IMG/VR virus record: IMGVR_UViG_3300020045_005188
Location: 1-30,331 of that record
Reading direction: 5' to 3' (one strand)
DNA: 30,331 nt
From: a virus
Taxonomy: Duplodnaviria; Caudoviricetes
This document shows positions 24,235 through 30,331 of this stretch, one piece after another. How positions within the stretch are numbered: position 1 is the stretch's first letter; the number at the start of each line of letters is the position of its first letter. The translations under genes were made by a program, and so were the position numbers. The notes beneath the pieces were generated by a model, which worked only from the letters and a program-made list of their open reading frames with translations, had not been told where the DNA came from and searched no databases.

Positions 24235-24708
24235 ATGACAGATGAACCAGAAGTTATAATCAGAGATATGTTGAGAACACGTCTTACCGATCCTAATCCT
24301 TCTCGAGTTGCAAGTACTCCATACATAGTAGATGATTGGCCATATCAAACAGATTTAGTTACAAATCATTTTCCAAGAATTTCTGTTATAAGTCAATTCG
24401 AAAACAACAAAGGATTTGGAATAGGTTCATCTACTTTTTGGGCAACATATAGACTTCAAATAGATGTGTGGTGTAAGGGAGATCAACCTCTAACAATTTC
24501 AGCAACATCATATGAGGGAGTAAAGCAGGTTGTTAAAATTTCACGGGACTTGGAAGAAGCAATGAAATCTTATTGGATTTCAGATTTGGCAAACACGGGT
24601 AAGTTTTTATTATTAGTTTCTTATAATGCATATTCTCCCAAATATGAATATGCTTACAATTTATGGAGGCGTACTATTGATGTCACCTTCAGTAAAGTGC
24701 AGACGTGA
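24235..24708 (+). CDS. Tail terminator protein
   Basis: FPRISV...LQIDVW...WRRTIDV; position. Confidence 0.7.
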   Translation: MTDEPEVIIRDMLRTRLTDPNPSRVASTPYIVDDWPYQTDLVTNHFPRISVISQFENNKGFGIGSSTFWATYRLQIDVWCKGDQPLTISATSYEGVKQVVKISRDLEEAMKSYWISDLANTGKFLLLVSYNAYSPKYEYAYNLWRRTIDVTFSKVQT

Positions 24709-24712
24709 TTTA

Positions 24713-25369
24713 ATGTCTTTAATTTTTTGTAAATGTGGGTGCGGGGAACAAAGGGAAGAGTTTGATTCTCAAAAAAGAAAAAGACAATATATTAAAGGAC
24801 ATTTTACAAAAGGAAAATTATACCCAGAAACTTCTGAAAGAATGAAAAGTAAAAATAATCCCATGTTTGGAAAGAAAGAAAATCATCCAAACTATAGGGG
24901 CGGTAAACCTCGCTGTAAAATTTGTGGAATAGAAATTAGTTATAAAAAAGAATATTGTAAAAAGTGTGTTAAACAAATAAAACCAGTGTGGAATAAAAAT
25001 ACAACCGGTTTATGTAAACCAAATTCTGGAAGTTTTCAAAAAGGATTAATACCATTAAATAAAATTGGTGATGGTATAATTAAATTACATAAATTAATAA
25101 GAGGAATGCCAGAATATAAAGAATGGAGATTGCAAGTATTCGGTAGAGATAATTTTACATGCCAAGAATGTGGGATTAGAGGAGTATATTTAGAACCACA
25201 TCACATCAAAGCATTTTCTAATATAATAAAGGAGTATAACATGACAACAATTAATGATGCAAGAATTAATACAGAATTGTGGAATATTAATAATGGTATT
25301 ACCTTATGTAAAGAATGCCATTCTAAAACAGACAATTATAAAGGATTAAATAAAAATAAGGAGATGTGA
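24713..25369 (+). CDS. HNH endonuclease with CxCGCG and NUMOD-like segments
   Basis: CKCGCG; WRLQVFGRDNFTCQECG...EPHHIK...NGITLCKECH; start placed at ATG 24713. Confidence 0.85.
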   Translation: MSLIFCKCGCGEQREEFDSQKRKRQYIKGHFTKGKLYPETSERMKSKNNPMFGKKENHPNYRGGKPRCKICGIEISYKKEYCKKCVKQIKPVWNKNTTGLCKPNSGSFQKGLIPLNKIGDGIIKLHKLIRGMPEYKEWRLQVFGRDNFTCQECGIRGVYLEPHHIKAFSNIIKEYNMTTINDARINTELWNINNGITLCKECHSKTDNYKGLNKNKEM

Positions 25370-25374
25370 TTATC

Positions 25375-26346
25375 GTGGTTTCGGGGTCTGGTAGTTCATT
25401 ACATGCAAAAGAAGAAGCCACATATCTCGCAGCAACAACAGTAAGTTCTGGTGTTATTGGAGGTCATGGTTTAAAAATAACAAGTCAGGAGAGAAATAAT
25501 AACTTACAAGCGGTTTGGGGATTGGGTTCTAGAACTCAAACGGTAATCATAGAAAAACAGTTTACTGGAACAATGGGTATAGAATTTTTAATGTCAAATC
25601 CATGGTTTTTATATCCCATACTCGGTGCAAAAGCAGATGGTGGTTCAGGCCCATCAAGTTATACGCACACATTTACTGAGGCAAATACACTCCCATCATT
25701 TAAATTTCAAAATAGTTTAAATATTGATACCGCATCAACAAACGATTTAAATATATCAATGGTTGGTGCAGTAAATACAGGTGCATCGATTAAAACATCT
25801 GTCGGTGAAGCAGTTTCAGTAACGATGGATTGGGTATATGCCAATGAATCAATCGCAACTTCTGCATTCGTTGCGCAGACGGCAGAAACATATCAACCAT
25901 ATTCTTTCGCTCATGGTGTATTAGAACTTCCAAATGGAAGTACAATAGCCAATGTTCAATCTGTAGATATATCAATTGCTCAAAATGCAGATATGATTTG
26001 GGGTCTTGGTTCAAGAGCAGGTACTGCACATGTCGATAAAAACAGAGCATACTCAATTAAAACAACTGCATATTTTACAGATCCAGCAACATTCCTAAAA
26101 TTATTCTATAATGGTTCAACCGGAACAACTCCGGGAAATATTACAGAAACCGCAACTCTTCAATTAACATTTACTAATGGAACTCAAATCGTTGAATTCA
26201 CATTTACTGGATTGAAAATCGATACCGAATCATTACCACAATCAATAGATGCAGCGGTAATGGAAGATATTTCACTGCAAGCAAGAACGCTGACAGTGAT
26301 TTGCACGGATAGTACTGCAACATATCCAGCGGTATTAGCAGCATAG
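25375..26346 (+). CDS. Major tail tube protein
   Basis: YTHTFT...LPSF, two related WGLGSR halves; GTG start after GTGATT. Confidence 0.8.
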   Translation: MVSGSGSSLHAKEEATYLAATTVSSGVIGGHGLKITSQERNNNLQAVWGLGSRTQTVIIEKQFTGTMGIEFLMSNPWFLYPILGAKADGGSGPSSYTHTFTEANTLPSFKFQNSLNIDTASTNDLNISMVGAVNTGASIKTSVGEAVSVTMDWVYANESIATSAFVAQTAETYQPYSFAHGVLELPNGSTIANVQSVDISIAQNADMIWGLGSRAGTAHVDKNRAYSIKTTAYFTDPATFLKLFYNGSTGTTPGNITETATLQLTFTNGTQIVEFTFTGLKIDTESLPQSIDAAVMEDISLQARTLTVICTDSTATYPAVLAA

Positions 26347-26358
26347 GAGTAAATATAA

Positions 26359-26721
26359 ATGAGCAGATTTAAGACAGTTGACATTTCAAAATATTGGGAT
26401 GACGATTTTTTTGCAACAGGTCAGAGAAAAGAAATCATCATAAGAAAGATAAGTTTTGGTGAGATATCTAAATTACAAAAAATGTCGGTAGATGCAAAAA
26501 TGACAGGTACAATTCAGAATGTTTCTTTCGATATTGAAAAATCAAGAAATATGTTGATATTGGCTGGTATTAAAATGGCTCCCAATCTTCTTTTGGAAGA
26601 TGGTAAAGAATTAAGATTTGTACCCGGTGAATTAAGATATATTGAAAATCTTCCCAATACACTTGGACAATATATATATGAGGAGATTGAAAAATTCAAT
26701 GCACCCGACCCAAAAGAATGA
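26359..26721 (+). CDS. Tail assembly chaperone (gpG-like)
   Basis: Between tube and tape measure; ends in a slippery heptamer. Confidence 0.75.
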   Translation: MSRFKTVDISKYWDDDFFATGQRKEIIIRKISFGEISKLQKMSVDAKMTGTIQNVSFDIEKSRNMLILAGIKMAPNLLLEDGKELRFVPGELRYIENLPNTLGQYIYEEIEKFNAPDPKE

Positions 26722-26740
26722 GGGCGTTTAAGAATGCCCT
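26709..26740 (+). other. Programmed -1 ribosomal frameshift signal
   Basis: C CCA AAA heptamer at 26709-26715; hairpin AGGGCGTT-TAAG-AATGCCCT at 26721-26740. Confidence 0.75.
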
Positions 26741-26924
26741 TAAGGGAGATAAAACAATTCCAGAAGGAGTAAATGACGTTGTTATGTGCACGTTATTATT
26801 CCGGGGATTTTCTCGCGAAGATATTGAAAATTCCACAGAAGAAGAAATACATTTGTATATGGCATTTGATAACCATTTACAAAAAGAAGAACAAGAAAGA
26901 ATGAACAAAATGTTTGGAGGATAA
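26718..26924 (+). CDS. Tail assembly chaperone extension (gpT-like), -1 frame
   Basis: Lies in the -1 frame relative to the upstream ORF, directly before the tape measure gene. Confidence 0.7.
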   Translation: MRAFKNALKGDKTIPEGVNDVVMCTLLFRGFSREDIENSTEEEIHLYMAFDNHLQKEEQERMNKMFGG

Positions 26925-26925
26925 T

Positions 26926-28200
26926 ATGACCGGCGATGTAATCAAAGTACCCGTAATGCTTGTACCACAGAGTGGTCCACTTGAAAAAATGATTGCAGAA
27001 GGAATAAAAATGCCCGGTGTCATGGGTGGAACCGGTGGTAAAGGAGTTACAGCCGGTGCTCCAAAAATTTTAGAAAAAATTGCGGGGGAACTTGCTAAGA
27101 TTGGTGGAATAAGTAAGGGCATGTTTACCAAGTTGGGGGTAATAGGTGTAGCTGTTGGTGTATTATCATCTCTTGGTCCAATTGTAGGTATATTAAAAAT
27201 GATATTTGCAACATTGCAAATAGCTTTAAGACCTATTGCTGAACTATTGCTTCAAGTTTTAAAACCCATATTTATTCTATTATTAAGATGGGTAATCATT
27301 CCATTCTATAAATATGCAATGCCTTTCTTTCAAAAATCTGGTAAAGTATTAAGTGATATAGCAAGTGCAATAACAAATATAAATTTCGGTGAAGCAATTG
27401 GTAAAATTATTGGGACTGAAAATTTAGAAAAATTAAAAGATATAGGAACATGGATATATAATACTATTACCGGTGGTATTTCTACCGGTCTTAATGTTTT
27501 TACTAGTCTTGGTAAAGCAATATATGATAATTTTATTTTAACAATTGGATCATCTATAGTAATATTATTAACAATTGGTCAAGCAATATATGATATTATT
27601 AAAAATACAATAGATACCTCTATTAAAATTCTATCAGATATTGGTACTTGGTTTTATGATAGAATAAAATCTTTATTAGAAGTTAAAAATTTATCCGAGT
27701 TTGGTAAATGGATATGGGATACAATTACCAGTGCACTTAATTTAGGATTTGGTATTGTAAAAACCATTGGTAAATGGATATATGATACCCTAGTTATAAT
27801 TTTAATGGTTTCATTAAAAGAACTTGAAACTATTGGTAGATGGGTATATAGTATATTAACTAACACTGCATCGTGGGGATTCGGTGTATTGGCAGGAATT
27901 GGTTCTTGGATAATGGATACTGTTAAAAGTTTCTTTACTGGTGGGGGATCTAGAAGTATATCTGGTACTAGAGCTTTAGGAGGACCTGTATTAGGAGGAT
28001 CATCTTATCTCGTTGGTGAGAAAGGTCCAGAAATATTTACACCTGGGGCATCTGGTAATATAACATCTAATAGTAAAATAGGTGGAACTACTTTAAATAT
28101 TACTGGAAATACGTTTGGATCCAGATCTGACATCGATTATATGGTAAAAGAAATCGAAAAGAAATTGTATACAAATAATAAAAGAGCAGGTAATTGGTAA
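26926..28200 (+). CDS. Tape measure protein (short, ~424 aa)
   Basis: ~22 aa IG(K/T)WIYD repeats; C-terminal RALGGPV...YLVGEKGPEIF; GGAGG SD. Confidence 0.85.
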   Translation: MTGDVIKVPVMLVPQSGPLEKMIAEGIKMPGVMGGTGGKGVTAGAPKILEKIAGELAKIGGISKGMFTKLGVIGVAVGVLSSLGPIVGILKMIFATLQIALRPIAELLLQVLKPIFILLLRWVIIPFYKYAMPFFQKSGKVLSDIASAITNINFGEAIGKIIGTENLEKLKDIGTWIYNTITGGISTGLNVFTSLGKAIYDNFILTIGSSIVILLTIGQAIYDIIKNTIDTSIKILSDIGTWFYDRIKSLLEVKNLSEFGKWIWDTITSALNLGFGIVKTIGKWIYDTLVIILMVSLKELETIGRWVYSILTNTASWGFGVLAGIGSWIMDTVKSFFTGGGSRSISGTRALGGPVLGGSSYLVGEKGPEIFTPGASGNITSNSKIGGTTLNITGNTFGSRSDIDYMVKEIEKKLYTNNKRAGNW

Positions 28201-28649
28201 TGACAGCAATTGAAATATATGAATCTACGGGTGGCGGTTCCACTGCCACTCTTAAATATTCTCCCGACAATACACAATCTTTTGAAATAAATAAAGATTC
28301 GGGTGTTATGCCGTTTCCTCTTCCCCTCGTTGATGAAACTGCTTATACCGATACAGATATTAGAGAAAAGATAGACTTAGTTGCAATTAGTGGAATATCC
28401 TGTTCCGTATCATTATCTTTTTGGATACCACTTGCTGATATAACAACACTACTTAATTTGGTTTCAAATCGAGCCAGTGTATCTCAAATTATCCAAGTAA
28501 ATGAATGGAATGGAGTAGTAACAAATTTTAAATTTTATGGTCGTGTAGCTTCTGTTAGAATATCGCAAGAAGGCGGGACTCCAACAAGACTACAATGTAA
28601 TTTAAATTTTCAAGTGGGAAGTATAGTAGATTTTGGAAACAATATTTAA
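28200..28649 (+). CDS. Distal tail (Dit-like) protein
   Basis: Directly after the tape measure gene with TAATG coupling; beta-rich. Confidence 0.55.
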   Translation: MTAIEIYESTGGGSTATLKYSPDNTQSFEINKDSGVMPFPLPLVDETAYTDTDIREKIDLVAISGISCSVSLSFWIPLADITTLLNLVSNRASVSQIIQVNEWNGVVTNFKFYGRVASVRISQEGGTPTRLQCNLNFQVGSIVDFGNNI

Positions 28650-28659
28650 AGGTTAAACG

Positions 28660-30331
28660 ATGGCAGAACAATTACTGGGACAATGGTTATTTGATGAAAC
28701 GAGTGGAACAACTGCTACAGATAGTAGTGGAAATAATCACGATGCCACATTACAAGCCGATGCCACCTTTGTTGAGGGTAAGGTTGGGAATTGTGTATCA
28801 CTTGATGGAACCGGAGACTATGTAAATATTCCAGCTCATCCATCTTATAATACAACTAGTTTTTCTTTCTCTCTCTGGATAAATCCAGCGGAAGCCAGAA
28901 TCCAAGGAATTGCTTCTAAAATGGGAGCAACATCGTGGAGAATTTTTCAAAATAATGCGAGCTCTCCCACAACAATAGAATTCGATGCTACCGGGGCTAT
29001 AGCTAATTTAACAGCCACGGGAGTAGAAATCAATGCCTGGACACATATTGCAGTTACATATAATTCAGTAACCCAAGTTGCAACCATGTATCGTAATGGT
29101 GTATTGACACAAACTGCGACCGGTATTGTCACCATGTATAACGAAACAAATGGTGCAATACAAATTGGTTCCAATGAAACAAATAGATTCAATGGTTTAA
29201 TAGATGAAGTTAAATATTATTCACGAGTATTAACTGATTCTGAAGTGAGATTAGAATATTCTTCTGGGTTAGGAAATTTTCAATTTCGTTTTGTGGATGG
29301 AACATCCATTCGAAATATAACTTACTTTATCTTGGATTTTAAACTTGATCAAGTTACTGAAAAATTATTGGATAGTTTGGAAATTCAAATATCTCGTGGA
29401 ATAGATGCTCAAGAATGGTTTGATGATTTCTATCCTCATAATGAAATAATAATATGGTATAAAGGAACTAAAGTTTGGGGAGGAAGAATAAAAGATAGAG
29501 AAAAAAAAGAAAAGTATAATGTTACTTTATTTTCTTATGCTGAAATTTTTGCACGAAGGCATTCAAACGATGTATATGAAAATATTTCTCCGGAAAATAT
29601 TGTATCTTCCTTAATATCCACATATACGGATATGACAGCAATTACTGTATCCAGTGATATAACTATAAATCGTTATGCGGCATTTGATTATATTGATTCA
29701 ACCATTGTAAAAATGGCAGAAATATTAGATTGGCAATTAAAATCAGATGCAAATAAAAATTTATATTTCCAACCAAGAGGTCATGTAGTTAATTCAACAA
29801 AAACATTATATAGAAATTCTACATCAGCAAATGCAATATTTGGTCATTGGCAACGAGATAGTAAAAATCTTGCAAACTATCTTCAAGTAAAAGGAGATGA
29901 CCTCACATATAATACAACAGAAACATTTACAGGAACCGGTGCAGATGCACCAATTGGATATGCTTATTTGGATGATGGTGGTGTATTTACTGATTACACT
30001 ACAGCAGCAAATAATGTAACTATAAATGATGTTGCATTATTACCGGCAGTCGAAGTTATTAATGATGCATTTTATTTTGGTCTTAATAGATATTTCGAAT
30101 ATATAAAATTAAATATAGGAACAGCCGGAGTTGGAAATGCAATCACATGGGAATATTGGAATGGCGCGTGGACATCACTTACTGTAACAGATGGTACAAA
30201 TGGATTCACTACAAGTGGAACAAATACAGTAACATTTACTGCGCCAAGTGATTGGGTAAAAACAACGGTAAATTCTGTAAACGTATTTTGGATTAGAGCT
30301 AGATGTAGTACCGCATCCTTTACAACACAAC
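28660..30331 (+). CDS. LamG/ConA-like domain fused to a baseplate hub (Tal-like) protein; truncated at the window end
   Basis: Absent from the ORF track; manually translated with no stop: W.FDE.SGTTATDSSGN...LDGTGDYV...WTHIAVTY...FNGLIDEVKYYSRVLT, then VWGGRI...LYFQPR...NYLQVKG. Confidence 0.85.
   Translation, partial: MAEQLLGQWLFDETSGTTATDSSGNNHDATLQADATFVEGKVGNCVSLDGTGDYVNIPAHPSYNTTSFSFSLWINPAEARIQGIASKMGATSWRIFQNNASSPTTIEFDATGAIANLTATGVEINAWTHIAVTYNSVTQVATMYRNGVLTQTATGIVTMYNETNGAIQIGSNETNRFNGLIDEVKYYSRVLTDSEVRLEYSSGLGNFQFRFVDGTSIRNITYFILDFKLDQVTEKLLDSLEIQISRGIDAQEWFDDFYPHNEIIIWYKGTKVWGGRIKDREKKEKYNVTLFSYAEIFARRHSNDVYENISPENIVSSLISTYTDMTAITVSSDITINRYAAFDYIDSTIVKMAEILDWQLKSDANKNLYFQPRGHVVNSTKTLYRNSTSANAIFGHWQRDSKNLANYLQVKGDDLTYNTTETFTGTGADAPIGYAYLDDGGVFTDYTTAANNVTINDVALLPAVEVINDAFYFGLNRYFEYIKLNIGTAGVGNAITWEYWNGAWTSLTVTDGTNGFTTSGTNTVTFTAPSDWVKTTVNSVNVFWIRARCSTASFTTQ

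Noticed and set aside
3466-29192. Minus-strand ORFs across the structural region (e.g. 12562-12918 poly-Ser, 14002-14394, 28947-29192)
   Set aside because: Shadows of well-supported plus-strand genes; the poly-Ser is the complement of Glu codons

Overview
This window is a fragment of a tailed archaeal dsDNA virus or provirus (Caudoviricetes, siphovirus-like because no sheath gene is seen). The archaeal host is inferred from BRE+TATA promoters (AAACC[G/A]AAAGCTTTATATA) and GGTGA/GGAG Shine-Dalgarno sites; a methanogen or ANME-type host is plausible but unproven. Bases 1-3063 hold small minus-strand genes: a YkgJ Cys-cluster protein, a PD-(D/E)xK nuclease, an RHH-DUF488-like regulator and Zn-finger microproteins. 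A divergent promoter pair at about 3087-3134 separates them from a plus-strand morphogenesis region: terminase, extended portal, protease/scaffold, decoration protein, major capsid protein, a fibre/adhesin block, head-tail connectors, tail tube, frameshifting tail chaperone, short tape measure, distal tail, and a LamG-hub protein truncated at the window edge. The most notable observations are: (1) four HNH-like genes built combinatorially from shared modules, one with a nonsense codon; (2) a recurring KAEE / hydrophobic-x-A motif in head proteins, suggesting a protease-processed capsid cargo polyprotein; (3) a portal with a C-terminal His/Glu-motif domain; (4) a nested scaffold gene with a possible internal promoter; (5) a -1 frameshift site with a hairpin; (6) a structured late 5' leader; (7) a possible AUU start; (8) every amber stop has a nearby backup stop. 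All family calls come from motif recognition by eye, not database searches.
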